This document shows, piece by piece, positions 1 through 13,405 of a DNA stretch of 64,000 nucleotides. The stretch is from a virus, in IMG/VR virus record IMGVR_UViG_3300034062_004313, positions 32,001 through 96,000 of that record. One strand, 5' to 3'. Made by a program: the position numbers and the translations under genes. Within the stretch, counting starts at the first letter, position 1. Each line of letters starts with the position of its first letter. A model generated the notes under the pieces. The model searched no databases, was not told the DNA's origin, and saw only the letters and a list, made by a program, of their open reading frames with translations.

Positions 1-272
1 TTTTTAATTACTTTACCTGCTGTAGACATTATTCTTTTATCTGGATTCCAGCAATCTGAATAATTTAAAGTTTCTATCTTTTTTTTATCAAGAAAACTTA
101 TCATATTATGATTATCTCTTGCTATACCAAAATAATTTCTATAATCTTTATGTTCTTCATCTAAATTTAACTCAAATATTTTTAAAAATTCTTCTTTAAA
201 TTCTTCTTTTTCTGAATCTAATACAGAACATATTCTATGTCTTAATTCATCTGAAATTGTAATATATATCAT
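1..272 (-). CDS. hypothetical phage protein, runs off the window edge (MIYITISDELRHRICSV...RIMSTAGKVIK)
   Basis: Manual translation: ATG at 272 overlaps the TGA of the 269..514 ORF and the frame is open to position 1. Confidence 0.7.
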   Translation of the reverse strand, partial: MIYITISDELRHRICSVLDSEKEEFKEEFLKIFELNLDEEHKDYRNYFGIARDNHNMISFLDKKKIETLNYSDCWNPDKRIMSTAGKVIK

Positions 273-1307
273 TCGAATAGTTTTCCTTGTTTTTTATTTT
301 GAAAATTTAATTGTTCTCCATCCATAAGCATAATTTCATCCTTAACTATAGATAAATGCACCAATGCACTAAATACTTGTTCATATAAAAGAGAAGACGG
401 GATAGCTTTCCCGTCTAAGTCTTCTTCAAGTTCTTTCTTATATGCTTTTAATGCTGGTTCTGCTTTCTTTATTAATATTCTTAAACTTTGTTCTACTTCT
501 TTTTTTAATTTCATATTAAATCTTTTATATCAAATCCATCTGTAAAATATTCTACACCGCTATATTTACCAGAAGCTGTAATAATAAAATCACCATCTTT
601 ATAAAACCTTATGATATTATATACTATCTGGTCTTCTGGTTCAAGAAATAGATTTTTATTTTCTTTATACCATTCTTCATCAAGGAATGCCCAATCAAAA
701 TCTCCTTCTATAAAGTCTTGTAATTCTTCTTCTACATCAAAAAATTCTACACCAAAGTTTGCAAAATATTCTAGAGAAAAGAAATCATCTTTAATATTAT
801 CTATTGTTTCTTTACATCTAAGAAGAAAATCTTTATTAACATAGAATATACAAACATCTATATTTAAAAATTCATCATTATTAAATGCTTTTGCTATTAC
901 TATTCCTGTGTTTTCTTTACTAAATTTCATTTATTTTTAAATTTTTAACAATTATTTCATTCTCAAATGCATATGGAATTATACTCGTTATCTTCCATAT
1001 TTTCATCAAACTCTTTTTTAAGTTTTAAGTATTGTTCATATCTCTCTTTCTTACTTTCTTCTCTTTTATTTTTCCAGAATAGTTCTCTTTCTTCTATTTC
1101 TTCTGGAGTTTCTTCTATATCTCTATATACTGCTATAAAAGTATTTTCATTATCATCAAATCTATTAGGATGCTCTACTACAATATAATCAGTTGATAGT
1201 AAATCTACTTCAAATTTAGACACTCGAATTTTATCATAATGTCCATCTAACTCTTTTTCAAAAATGCACTTGTTAATAATCATATTTATTCTTTCTTTTA
1301 AACCAAC

Positions 1308-1589
1308 TCATGATTCGTATTTAGTTTGTATTATTCTTGAATCTTGTATAATTCTATCTTTTGGGCTTGCACAAGCTTTTAAAAGAACATGAGAGTCTTC
1401 ATTATGCATATGTAATCCTATCCACCACATTTTTCCTTGAAATTCTCTAAGTCTTATCCATTTGTACATGTAATAATGTTTTCTACCTCTACCTTGTTCA
1501 TTTACTCCTTTAAAGTGATAAATTTGTAGTAGGTCATATTCTTTTATTTCTCTTCCTTTTCCATCAAAATAAGGTGCTTCTATTTCCAT
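1308..1589 (-). CDS. YopX-like hypothetical protein
   Basis: DGKGREIKEYDLL resembles the YopX D-x-N-G-K-E-I-Y-E-G-D-I motif. Confidence 0.4.
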   Translation of the reverse strand: MEIEAPYFDGKGREIKEYDLLQIYHFKGVNEQGRGRKHYYMYKWIRLREFQGKMWWIGLHMHNEDSHVLLKACASPKDRIIQDSRIIQTKYES

Positions 1590-2335
1590 TAAAAATAAAA
1601 ATCTGCTGGAATCTCTTTGGGTTCCATTGTTATTGAATCATTTTCATACCACCACTTCAAATCAAAACCATTATTATCTTTTACGATTTTAGCTACATTC
1701 CGAAATGTGTTCTCACTATCCCAATCAGTTTGATTATATGCTGCACTAGCTGGATGGTCAAGCTTAAAACATCTTTGAAATGGATATAACCACTTTTCAA
1801 CTTTATGTGTGTTTTTTCCCAAGAGTATAACTGGAACTCCTGTAACACCTATAATATCCTTTATAAATGCTTCTGTGAATGGTTCCCACAATTTGTTATG
1901 ACTTTCAGCTTTCATATGTTCTACAGTAAGCCCAAAGTTATACATTAATACTCCTTCTTTACCTAAATAGGATAAATCACATTTACGTTCTATAATTTGT
2001 TCAGGAAACTCTTTCTGTATACTATCATACCACTTCTCTAATGAAGGTTGTTCTTTATTAGTATTTGAGCAAGAGAGAGCTATACCATCAGCAATTATCA
2101 CTTTTTCCTTTGTTATAGAGTGGTAAGGACATAAACCCACGACCAAAACCTTTAGATTATTATAATCACATTCTTTGAAAGCTCTGAATGTTTGTGTACT
2201 ATCAGGAAATATCTTCTTTCCACGTTTGCTTAATAGTTGTAATTCTGCTAATATTGGTTCTAAGTGTTGAACCACTCCTTTTTGTTGGAGTGGTTCAAAC
2301 CAAGAACTTAAATTTTCTTCTAAATTTTTAATCAT
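1589..2335 (-). CDS. ung: uracil-DNA glycosylase (family 1-like)
   Basis: Motifs IFP, FRAF, KVLVVGLCPYH (GQDPYH variant), ADGIALS, QPSL, EGVLMYN, HPAS. Confidence 0.85.
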   Translation of the reverse strand: MIKNLEENLSSWFEPLQQKGVVQHLEPILAELQLLSKRGKKIFPDSTQTFRAFKECDYNNLKVLVVGLCPYHSITKEKVIIADGIALSCSNTNKEQPSLEKWYDSIQKEFPEQIIERKCDLSYLGKEGVLMYNFGLTVEHMKAESHNKLWEPFTEAFIKDIIGVTGVPVILLGKNTHKVEKWLYPFQRCFKLDHPASAAYNQTDWDSENTFRNVAKIVKDNNGFDLKWWYENDSITMEPKEIPADFYF

Positions 2336-2546
2336 AATCTTCTATTTCTGGTTCATATACTTCTGCTCTATAATCAACTTTAAAAAAGAAATCATCAATC
2401 ATATTAATATGAGTTTCAAATCCTTCATCTGATTTATCCCAATCTCCACATAATGCCATTTCTGCATCTATACGAAGAGTATTAAGTATTTCACAAGATT
2501 CTTTTAAATGTTGTTCTGTTTGATGTAATTTTTCTACTATATTCAT

Positions 2547-3341
2547 CTATGAATAAATTAAATGATTTTCAAAACTATCTTCCATCATTTCAAAATTAAT
2601 ATCTTCTATACTTTGCCTAATAAACCTATCTTCAAATTCAGAAGTGATAAAATCAGTAATATCCCTATGATGTTTAAAATAATCAGTAGGATGTGCTCTT
2701 TTAGCAACATGTGTTAGGTGATTGTAAAATTCCCATGCTGTATTATTATTACCACCATAATCATAGGTTGGCTTATTAATCTCTGCTTTCAAATCAGACA
2801 TTTGACGAGGATTAAGAATATCTTGTGTAATGAACATTCTTCCACAAAGTTCAGCCATTTCAATATGAGAAACATCAACCTTCTTCAAATTCTCACGAAG
2901 GTCTACTAATTCCTTAAATTCATCTACTGCTTTTTCCATTTCCTTATCAAATGTTAAGAATGCTTCAACATCAACATCTCCCATATGCTTACGCTTATAG
3001 TTAAACTTATCTCCTGCTATCATACCATTATCACAAACGAATACAGAAGCACCCATCGCATACTTGAATGATGTCTTCTTATTATAACTATTGATAAATG
3101 CTACCATAAGCCCCATTTCACTATCACCATGATTTAATGTAAAGCTACCAGTAGCAATATTACCACCTTCTGCTGATTTATAAACCTCATTCCTTACATG
3201 ATAACCAAACTTACTAAATGTATTCTTCATGTTCTTTATTGCTTCATCATGTGAAACAACCGTATACCTTCCACCTTCAAAATTTGGAAGTGTTACTGCG
3301 CTTAAAAATCCTTGTTCTACAAATTGTGTTTTACGTGCCAT
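2547..3341 (-). CDS. DUF932-like protein
   Basis: Motifs YTVVSH, FINSYNK, VFVCDNGM, KRKH, TAWEFYNHLT. Confidence 0.7.
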   Translation of the reverse strand: MARKTQFVEQGFLSAVTLPNFEGGRYTVVSHDEAIKNMKNTFSKFGYHVRNEVYKSAEGGNIATGSFTLNHGDSEMGLMVAFINSYNKKTSFKYAMGASVFVCDNGMIAGDKFNYKRKHMGDVDVEAFLTFDKEMEKAVDEFKELVDLRENLKKVDVSHIEMAELCGRMFITQDILNPRQMSDLKAEINKPTYDYGGNNNTAWEFYNHLTHVAKRAHPTDYFKHHRDITDFITSEFEDRFIRQSIEDINFEMMEDSFENHLIYS

Positions 3342-3866
3342 AATTTTAATTTATTGTAATTGTTTTTTCTTCTATTTTTTGTTCTATAATTTCTGCTATT
3401 TCTTCAAAAGATACCCCTTCATCATTTTTATTAGCTAAATCCATCCATTCAACATTTCCTATTAGTTCATCAAATAAGCTGTAATTATATCTTTTACCAT
3501 CTAATAACATATAATCATCAGGGTCAGACTGGGAGGCAAAAGAGCAATATGGTTCAAATCCATTAATTTTAGCCCATACACCTAAACAGCAAAATCCTTT
3601 ATTATCTGTAAGAGTTCCTTGACATTGTTGATAATCTCCACTGCGTAGAGCTTGTATCCATTCTTTTTTATTTACTGATACTTTCATAAATTAAATTGTG
3701 AAATTTTCTTGTATTTCTTTTTTAATATCTACTAATTGATTTATTAAATCTTCTAAATCTTCTAAATCATCTAATCTAATGATAAATTTATTAAAATCTA
3801 ATAATATAGATTTATTTATTAAATCTCCATCTTTATCATACTCATTTACTGAAAATAATATTTCTT

Positions 3867-4214
3867 TCATTTTACCACTTTAAATAATACTTTTTCTATT
3901 TTGTATCCTTGATTAATAAACTCCTTTAAACTATTCTGATTACAATGTGCATAAACTTCTTTATGTGTATCTCCAATAAGAAAGTTCCTATAATTACAAA
4001 GAAGTTTATATATACCATGTCCTCTATGTTCTTCTTTAACATAATCATGACATAAGTATATAACATGTTCATGTTCTACCCATCCTGCTATACCAACTAA
4101 TACACTATCTGTATTAAAACATCCTATATAGTTAGCATAAGCATCAATTAAATCTGGCTTTATAAGAAGAAACTCTTCTTTAACTTTATTAAGATATATT
4201 CTTTCTAAATTCAT
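3867..4214 (-). CDS. GNAT-family acetyltransferase
   Basis: Acetyl-CoA motif YVKEEHRGHGIYKLL and NQNSLKEFINQGY. Confidence 0.75.
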   Translation of the reverse strand: MNLERIYLNKVKEEFLLIKPDLIDAYANYIGCFNTDSVLVGIAGWVEHEHVIYLCHDYVKEEHRGHGIYKLLCNYRNFLIGDTHKEVYAHCNQNSLKEFINQGYKIEKVLFKVVK

Positions 4215-4437
4215 ATTTCATTTTTTAACCAAACCACTATATCTCCTCTAAAATCTGAACTAATTCCCATTTTTGCACTACAAACTAAACATTTTTTATA
4301 AATGTAAGTTTTCTTACTCTTTTCAAGAACTTTATAATAAAACTCTTCAGAATATTTTTTATCACAATTAGGACATTTAAAATCTGTCTCTGCTAAAGAT
4401 AATATTCCATTAGGTATAAGTATTGAATGTCCCATAA

Positions 4438-4950
4438 CTACCAAGGTAAATCATCAATTAAATCACTAATTACTTTCATACTATTTTCAATATCTTCTTT
4501 ATGTTTTGGATTCTTTTCAGCATAACATTGTTTTGCTTGTAGAACATAATTAACATTTTGTATACATATTTCTCTTCCAAGAAATTTCACCTTACTATGT
4601 TGAAGTTCTTCTTGACTAACTTTAAAACAGCAAGTATTAACACCCTTAATTTTAACACTTGTTCTTTGAATTGGTTCTCCATTCATATCTGTTACTGTAT
4701 CAGATTCTACTGTAGTATCACCATTTTCAGTAAACATTTTCCAAAAACCACTTTCTCTACCCCTACAATAATCCAAACTATCTCCTTTTATAAAGAACAA
4801 ATCAATATCTTTTACAGGTCTATCTATAAGATTAATAGCATTTAAAGCTATACTACCACCAAATATTGCATGGGGCATATGTTTAATAATTAAATCAATT
4901 GCTCCCAATATTTCGGAAGATACATTTCCTTCTTTTTCTAAATTATTCAT
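4438..4950 (-). CDS. Pol-beta-superfamily nucleotidyltransferase
   Basis: FGGSIAL...RPVKDIDLF (GS plus DxD) and C-terminal KHKEDI. Confidence 0.7.
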   Translation of the reverse strand: MNNLEKEGNVSSEILGAIDLIIKHMPHAIFGGSIALNAINLIDRPVKDIDLFFIKGDSLDYCRGRESGFWKMFTENGDTTVESDTVTDMNGEPIQRTSVKIKGVNTCCFKVSQEELQHSKVKFLGREICIQNVNYVLQAKQCYAEKNPKHKEDIENSMKVISDLIDDLPW

Positions 4951-6754
4951 TTTATATTATTTATGATTTCTTCCCACTCTTCTTTTTTAATATATCCTGT
5001 TTCACCCGCATAATATTTTGATTCTTGTAACTTTTGAATTTTATTTACATGATGTTTAGTAAATTCTATCATTAATGTTTTTACTATTTTAGAATCTATT
5101 GCTTTTAATTTTTCATAATTAAAACCATAAGAAATAGAATTTTCTTTATTTATTAATTGTTTTGCTGTCATAATAATTCTATTTGTGGTGCATTTAAAAT
5201 ACTATCTCTATTTATTGTAAAATCTACAGGAATATAGTCTTCATATCCTATATCTTCAAAAAAATGATTACGATATTCTGTACTTTTAACTTTATCATCG
5301 TCCACAGGGTCTAAATAATCTTTTCTAATTTTTACATTTTCAACTACATTAAGTCTATCTAACTTAATCATTTCTTTTGCATATTCTTTCATTGCTTGTT
5401 CTACAACTCCTTTTCTCCAAATAATATGATTGTATTCATCTATTTCAAGATGATTTTTTAATATTTTATCTGCTGTCATAATTTTTCATTATTAAACCAT
5501 TTTCCCCAATATTCTTTTTCGTGAGGATTTTCTTTTAAAAAGAAAATAATCATTTCATCTATAAACTCTTGATAAGAATATAAATCATTTTTTAAATGTT
5601 CTAATATTTCTTCTTCTGTCATAATTTTACTATTTTACTTGATACTTGTTCATATTTTCTTTTTCCAACCTTCTTTAATTTAGTTTCTACAATAACATTA
5701 AGATTTCCATATTCATGTCTATTATTAATTGCTTCTTGTAATGTATCACACACTTCAAAACAATAAGCATCATCTGGACGGTCTATATATCTACTATCAT
5801 ATATTTCGTATACTGTCATAAATTTGTATTGATAAAATTCTTTAAAATCTTAATTTCATTTTGTAATGCTTCATATCTCCTACCACTTGTCCATTGACTG
5901 CTGCAATCTTTTTCAAGTTGTTTAATTTGCCATTCTAATATAGGTTTTGCATATAGTTTAGGTAACCATCGCCTTTTATCAAACATAGGTAATGTTCTAT
6001 ATTCAATAACATGATGAACATGTGGAAAGTTTTTAAAATCAATCATTTCAATATCCATATCAGAAATACATTGTTCAATTATAGACTCACTTCCAAAATC
6101 TCCTTGAGTAATCCATTCTTCTTTTAATTCTGGTAATTTACCATTAAAGTGATTTTTAATAATTGTATTAGCTTCTTCTGCAACTTCCCATAATTGTTTA
6201 AACTTCTCTAATGATATTTCTTTCCTAAATTGAGAATATCCTGAATAAAGATTATATGAAGCATTATATTTTCCACCTTCACTTGTTAAAGCTCTTGAAT
6301 AAATATTTCTATTATATGCAATTTGCTTCATGGATTTTTTATAGTGATTATCTGCATGAGAACAAGAAACCGTATGTTCTAATACATAAATTTCACCATC
6401 TTCTATAAAGAATTTTTCATAATATACAGCATTCATATATGCAGCAGCATGATACCTATCAAATGTATGACTACCAAAGCATTTACCTTGAAATTCTTTA
6501 ATCAATCCATCTAATTCTTGAATCCTATAATTATTCTTTTCTTGTTGTTTAGCATCTGCTAAAGCTTTTTCGGCTTGTTGTACTGCTGTCATAATTTAAT
6601 TTTTAATTCTTGAAGAAAGTTGATAAATATATCTACACTTATATCATTTATTTCTAAATGGTGTGTTTCAGATAAAGGATATTCTCCAAAGAATTTTATT
6701 CTAAGTCTTGTCTTTTCTTCAATTCTAATTCTTTCTAGTTGGTCTTTATAATAA

Positions 6755-7774
6755 TTATACTCTTCCATTTAATTTAATTTTTAATAAGTAATCCAATGCT
6801 TCTAATCCATATCCTTCAACAAAATCAGCAGGGTCTTCTATATCTTCATTCTTATAATGATGATTATCAATATTAAACCAATCCCAACCTGTACTTTTTG
6901 TTATTTCAATAGAAGTAGCTTTACCTTGTGGGTCTGTACCAAACCCCATTATGTTATGTTCTGTAATAGCATTAATTCTCTCAACATTATTACTAAGTTC
7001 TGGAATTAACATTATTTTTGCATTCTCACTTTGAGTTGATATACTGTGATAATTCAAATAACGAGCTACTAATTCATCCTTTTGACTCTTCCAAGTAAAC
7101 ATGTAAGAGAGTTTTTCAGGTATGTTCTTATATCTATAATAGTTCCATAAATAAGAATTCTCCATACCACTTCTCCATTTATCTCCCTTGCCTACATTTG
7201 GACCAATTCTCATTATCTTTGCTCTTTGTATATCTTCTGCCCAATAACCAAATGTTAATTCTCCTTCAGTTTTGGGTTGAACCTTCTTATTTATAGCCCA
7301 TTTATCTACTCTGAATAGATTATTTTCTCTAAGGAAAGTTTCAGGTAAATAATATTTATCCCAATAAGCTGCATGTGCTTTATCGAATGGTATATCATCG
7401 AATTCAATATATGGAATATCTTTTTCAATTGGTGTAGATTTAATATTTTGAATAATAGGTTTATATTCTTTAATTTTCGTTGCTAATCCTAAATCTTGAA
7501 TGATTTTACTCATTGCTTCAGAAAATGTTAATCCATATCTTTTTTGTACAAATGCTATTGCATTACCAGTCCAGTTATCCCCTCCGTAGTCAATTCCAAT
7601 CCAACTCCCATTTACACTCTGTTTAACTCTAAAGCTTGGAGCATTTTTTTCAGTTCTGAATGGGGAAAAAATATTCTTTCTTTGAATTTGTCCTAATTCA
7701 TATTCAAAAATATTTCTTCCACCATCAGTCATTTCTAATATCTTCTTCGGAGTAAAGTTTGTTGTTCTGCTCAT
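6755..7774 (-). CDS. DNA primase (crAss-like, degenerate zinc-binding N-terminus plus TOPRIM-like domain)
   Basis: SPFRTEKNAPSF, DYG, GNAIAFV...FSEAMSKI, KSQKD, QSE, DPQG, EDPADF. Confidence 0.8.
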   Translation of the reverse strand: MSRTTNFTPKKILEMTDGGRNIFEYELGQIQRKNIFSPFRTEKNAPSFRVKQSVNGSWIGIDYGGDNWTGNAIAFVQKRYGLTFSEAMSKIIQDLGLATKIKEYKPIIQNIKSTPIEKDIPYIEFDDIPFDKAHAAYWDKYYLPETFLRENNLFRVDKWAINKKVQPKTEGELTFGYWAEDIQRAKIMRIGPNVGKGDKWRSGMENSYLWNYYRYKNIPEKLSYMFTWKSQKDELVARYLNYHSISTQSENAKIMLIPELSNNVERINAITEHNIMGFGTDPQGKATSIEITKSTGWDWFNIDNHHYKNEDIEDPADFVEGYGLEALDYLLKIKLNGRV

Positions 7775-8604
7775 ATCTTTCGTATTCTAATGATTGTAAT
7801 GCTACTTCTTCTGCTAATGCACTACATCTTTCATAATCTTCTAATAAATGTTCTACTCCTTCAAAGCTAATATCGCTTAATAATTGATTATCAAACCATA
7901 TTTGCATAGTATCTTCTTTTGTAGAGTAAGTAATATGTTCGAGAAACTTTTCTTCTTTTGTCATTTCTTTAAATTATTTAAATGTTCTTTATCCTGTAGA
8001 GTGCCCGCAAAGTTTGTTGTTAACTAAATGTAATTTTTCTAATTTATTCATAGTTTAACATATTTATCATACTTACCTGAATAAGAATTAATATATAGTC
8101 TCCATTTACCTACAAACATTTTCTTAAATAGTTTAGTACCGAGTTTTACAATTTCTTCTTCTGTCCAAAAACCATTTGTTTTATCACCTATTTTACATCT
8201 TAACCATCTATCTCTATCATAATGTTTATCATGTTCTAAGTCTCTTTCATCAACAGGTCGAACTAATTCTAAATTTAGAAAATCTCCATATTTAGGTTCA
8301 GTACCAGATGTAAAAGCTCCACTTACTGAAACTTTTCCAATTTGTTCTGGAGTTTCACAAAAAGATAAACTATAAGATTTTATTCTTCCATAGTAATGAA
8401 TTGCTCCTATTGAACCTAACCAAGAAGTTATATATAATTCTACATTTCTATATCCATCTTTATCATATGAAGGATAACATATAACATCTTTTTCATACTT
8501 ATTTTTTAAAACTATATCCTTTCCAAAATCATATGGTATAGGAAATTCCCAATGATTATTATAGTCTCTAAAGTGGTCTTCTATTTTAAATTTCTTTGGC
8601 ATAT

Positions 8605-9075
8605 TTATTTTTTAATTGAATATATCACTTCTTCATCTTTTGATGTTCCTTTATGGTCTAATAATATTTTATTATCATCCCATCTTCCTAAATCTTGATA
8701 TTTTGTTACATTTTCAGGAATTGTAATATATAAAACTTCAGCTTCATCATCCATATAATCTATACAAGTTTCAACAAAATTAGAGTGACATGGACGAGCA
8801 AATAAAAATAAAGCTTTCTTTCCTAATCCTTTAATTAACTTTTCAGAATTTTCTACTGTCTCAGGCCACCATTGAATACCTTTACTTATAAATTTAAATG
8901 TATTAACATGAAATAAAGGATATGGTTCTATACACATTATTTTAGCTCCTATAGCATTCATTTCTAATGCAAATTCACCTGTACCAGCACCAACATCCAC
9001 TATAAATCTATCTCCTGCATAATCCTTAATCCATTGTTTTAATTCCATATTAGGAATAAAAAATCTAATTCCCAT
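8605..9075 (-). CDS. class I SAM-dependent methyltransferase-like protein
   Basis: Motif I IVDVGAGTG followed by CIEP. Confidence 0.65.
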   Translation of the reverse strand: MGIRFFIPNMELKQWIKDYAGDRFIVDVGAGTGEFALEMNAIGAKIMCIEPYPLFHVNTFKFISKGIQWWPETVENSEKLIKGLGKKALFLFARPCHSNFVETCIDYMDDEAEVLYITIPENVTKYQDLGRWDDNKILLDHKGTSKDEEVIYSIKK

Positions 9076-10011
9076 TATAACTATTTATAAAATTATCAAA
9101 ATCAATATTATTTATAGAACACCAAAACATAATTGTGTCTTTTTGCTCTTTATTAGGTTTTTTAGCTTCTCCATAAACTTTACTATTCTTACCAGTCCAT
9201 GTTAGTATTCTAATCCAATTAAGTTTTTCTAATGCTACATATGGATAAGCACTTAATATACTTCCACATATCTTTTCTATTTCATCATTAGCTTTAAAAA
9301 AGTCTCCTTTATTCTTCCATGTAAAATATTCAGAAGCCCATACGTTATGATTCATATAACTACATTCATATAAATCACCATCTGGATTTATCCAAGCATT
9401 ATCTACTCCTTTATATTCTTTAGTCTTCAGTGGTTTCATATGTTATTAAATCTGGATTAAACATTTCAAATACTAATTTACCATTTTTATATCCTTGATA
9501 TGCTATTTTTTGTTTATAACCTTTAATACATCCAATATCAAATTCTTGTTCACTATCTACCCAATTAGATTGTATTTCATCTACATGATTAATGCAAGGA
9601 GAATTAGGTACTACTAAAAAATATACATCTTGATTTGTTTGTATGCTTTTAATTTTCATTATTAGTATTTTCAAGTTCTGTAATTACATTCTCTAAATCT
9701 TCAACTTCAACTTCTAATTCACTAATTCTACTCTTTAACTTTTCATTTTCATCTTCTAAATCTGTATATTGGTCTTTAAAATTATTAAAGAACTCTATTG
9801 CACTATCAAATGCTCTTTCTGTACTTCTATCCATGATATGTTTATAATAATGATTTGAATCTATTTCCTTTTTCAATTAAATATTTAAGTGCTTCAATAT
9901 GTTCACTTTGAATTTTTATAGTTTCTTGAAGCTCTTTAATTAATAAATTCTTTACTTCTATTAATTGACTATTAATATCTAAAAGCTCTAATATTTGAGA
10001 TTGTTCTTTTG

Positions 10012-10818
10012 TTAATATTCCCATTTTTCTGGATTTAATTCTTTTACATTTTTAAAATCAGATTCTTCAAACTTTTTCAATCTTCCTAAATAATAATGTC
10101 CTTTAAGTCCACTATATTCATTCTCAAGATTCTTTTTATACTTAGTCCATGTAGGAAGAGTATATTTAGAGAATGTTCCTGTATTAATCTCTGCAAGCAT
10201 TTTAACAGGAAGGAATTCTTTCCACACCTTCTGATGCAATTCTTCATCTGCATATAATAAACATACTAAATGATACTCTCCTGTATCTGGAATATCCTTC
10301 TTTAATCTACCTATATCTCCTTGTAATAGTTTGTCCCAATTAAGAAATATATTAGCTTGAGGGTCTTTCATGTTCCTATTCAGGAGCATTTTTCTTAAAT
10401 GTAGCACTTCTTCTTCTCCCTTACGTGCTATATGATATTCTTTATCTCCTATTATTTCTTTATTGGTTGGTTTTCCATCAACCCATACAACATTTTCGAA
10501 TTGTTTAAAGCTATCCCATAAATCGTCTTCTGTATTAGCAGGTTGTGTATCTCCTACACAATTGATATACTTTTTTATACCAGATTTATATTCAATATTC
10601 TCATCAGAAATGTATATAGTATACTTATAAATTTCATCTGATAAATCTTGAAGATATATATCTATCCTAGCATGGTTTACACCATTTCTTTCCCAAGTGT
10701 AAGGTTTAAAATCTTCTGGATATTCTCCTGTAAGTTGTTCTATTTCTTCTTCGTCAATATTTATTCCAACAATCTTCATTTTTTGGAATCCTGTTTTCAA
10801 ATGACTATAATCGTTCAT
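10012..10818 (-). CDS. crAss-type putative ssDNA-binding protein
   Basis: TGFQKMKIVGINIDEEEIEQL, ARIDIYL, KYINCVG, ARKGEEE resemble a conserved Crassvirales replication-module protein (recognised from memory). Confidence 0.45.
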   Translation of the reverse strand: MNDYSHLKTGFQKMKIVGINIDEEEIEQLTGEYPEDFKPYTWERNGVNHARIDIYLQDLSDEIYKYTIYISDENIEYKSGIKKYINCVGDTQPANTEDDLWDSFKQFENVVWVDGKPTNKEIIGDKEYHIARKGEEEVLHLRKMLLNRNMKDPQANIFLNWDKLLQGDIGRLKKDIPDTGEYHLVCLLYADEELHQKVWKEFLPVKMLAEINTGTFSKYTLPTWTKYKKNLENEYSGLKGHYYLGRLKKFEESDFKNVKELNPEKWEY

Positions 10819-13360
10819 CTTTACGTTTTTTCATTTGTTCATTTAATAATTCTCTTAGTAAATTAGTGTTGATTTCTTCTAAATAAAAACTCGGAAAACT
10901 TTCTGGAATTCCATATTCATCAAAACAATACGCTCTACCATTTTCATCTAAGAAACAAAGTTCATCTTTAATTTCTCCTTTAACAATCTTAATTCTTAAT
11001 TCTAACAAAGAAGTGGAACAATACTCACCATATAATTCCCTATCAGGAAATGTATATATCTTTTGAGTTTTAACTTTATAATCACTCATATTTCTTTTTT
11101 AAGTTTTCTAACAAGGTTCTTTCTCGTTTCTCTTGAGCTTCTTTTCTATTTTTAGCTGCTAATTTAGCACTTTCACTCCTTTTCTTATCTAAATCCAATC
11201 TTTTTTGAAGCTCTTCATCTGTTTCCCATCTGTAAACAGTAATTTCTAAATCTTTATCACCATCATAACCATATTTAATACCCATTTCTATTTTTGCATA
11301 TTCTTCGAATGGTGTACAATATACTGATTTTTGTATTATATCACATGCTTCTTTAAGTCTATCTTTTATTCCTAATATATTTTTAGCTACTTCTTCAATA
11401 TCTCCATAGAGTAAATTAAAATCTAAATAGATATATGGAACATCTCTTATTTGTACTAATTGTTTATTTATATTTTTGTCCATACCAAATTAAGAATTGA
11501 TTAATTGCATGTACTAACTTTTCTTTATTATTATCTGTATCTTCAAAAGCTTCCCACATAGCTAAGTGTACATCATTAGTTTCAGTTCCTAATATAAAAT
11601 TTTCAATAGATTTAATTTGAATAAACCTATTTATTTTTAAATAAACTTCCATAATCCAATTCCAGTCTGAATGAAATTTTAAATCTTCTAATAATATCAT
11701 ATATCTTAAAATTACTTCTCCACTTTCAAAATGATTTATTTTACTAGTTAATTCTTTAGAAAAAGGAGTTTTAAATAAAGATGTGTCTATTTTATACATT
11801 AAATTTGAACTTTCAGGATATGCTCTAATATATTTCATATCCTTTAAAAATTCAGCACATCTTTTATTAAATTCTATTATTTCTTCTTTATTCATTTACT
11901 TAATCTTTAAATGAAAATTTCCATTATATAATATTTTTGCTTGTTTTGGTAATGGTTTATAACTATCTGATGTATATAATGTAGGATATTCAGAATTCAT
12001 TAACCAAGTAGGTTCTACATCAATTCCAATTATATCTTTAACCCATTCTCTACAGGTTTCTATACTATCTGCTGCTGTAACTATAACAAAATGAGATTTA
12101 TAATCAGGAAAAGAACCTTCTCCTTTATATTCACTTACATATATTTTGTTCATACTTCTATTTCTGCTTTTTGCATTATTAAGAATAATTCATTCGATTT
12201 CTTAACTATATAATCTTCTATATCAGTAAGATTACTATAACAATATGTACCATCATCTTTAAAAAGCATCATATCAGCTTCAAGATTTTGTAATAAATTT
12301 GTATATGATTCTTTTAGTAACAATAAATTTTTAAGTTTCTCTGTCATATTTCTTTTTTAGGTAAATTATTAAATAATAAAGTTAGTATACTGGACATAAA
12401 CATACCAATACCTAACATATTAACTTCCAATGAATTTTTAATAAAAATCATTAGTATTGCAGAAAGAATTAATATAGAAATATTTACTACATTAGTTATA
12501 TCTTTACTTGTCATAATTTACTTCTATTTTTGAATTAATTATTTTTCTTAATACTATACATCTTTGTTCTTGTCTTTCAACAGCAAGTTGCCACATTATT
12601 ATTTCCTTCTTTAATTCTAATATCTTGCTTTCATATCCTGCATTAGAAGTTCTTTGCATACTTAAAGAATCTTCATATGCTTCTTTACTTATCATTCTTT
12701 CAGCTTGCCATTTAGCACCTTCAATAAATGAAGAGCTAAAACCATAGAAATTACCAACTTTTGAAGTAAATTCCTTATTTAGTTCTTTATTAGCATAATT
12801 TCCAGCAGCTTCTTCAAGTTCTTTGTTTATCATAATTTATTTTATAATTTTACATCCATCTTTATTAGTTATACCAAAACCATTCCATAATTGATAATAG
12901 AATAAACCATTCTCTTCTTTTATGAATGGGAATATATCACTACTATATTTAGATTTATCTAATTTCATCATATTAGTATACCAAAATATTTGTATCATAA
13001 TTTATTTTTAAAATAATTATATACTTCTGGTATATGTTTTTTATAATAAGATTGATTTTCCATACACCATTTTTTAACTTCTTCTGATGTTTTAAATGGT
13101 TTAATATGTGATTTTCCTGATTGAATCATATTAAATAACCATTCAAGTTCATCTATAAAATCTTTAACGAGCCATCCTTCCCAAATGTGTTTATTTAGAT
13201 TCATTTATTTTTACTTCTCCAAAGTTTTATTGCTTCTTTTATAGTATAAAAAAAGAATTTTTCTGAATTTATATTTATGCATCCATTTCTATATTTATAA
13301 GCATAAATATCTTTTCTTATTTTAGTTTTACTAATTGGTTCTTCAAATAAAATCATAATT

Positions 13361-13389
13361 AAAAAACCCCCTGTATTTCTACAGAGGGC
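13361..13389 (-). terminator. intrinsic terminator downstream of 13406..14221
   Basis: Minus strand GCCCUCUGUA-GAAA-UACAGGGGGU followed by a U tract. Confidence 0.8.
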
Positions 13390-13405
13390 TTTATTTTGAG
13401 GTTAA

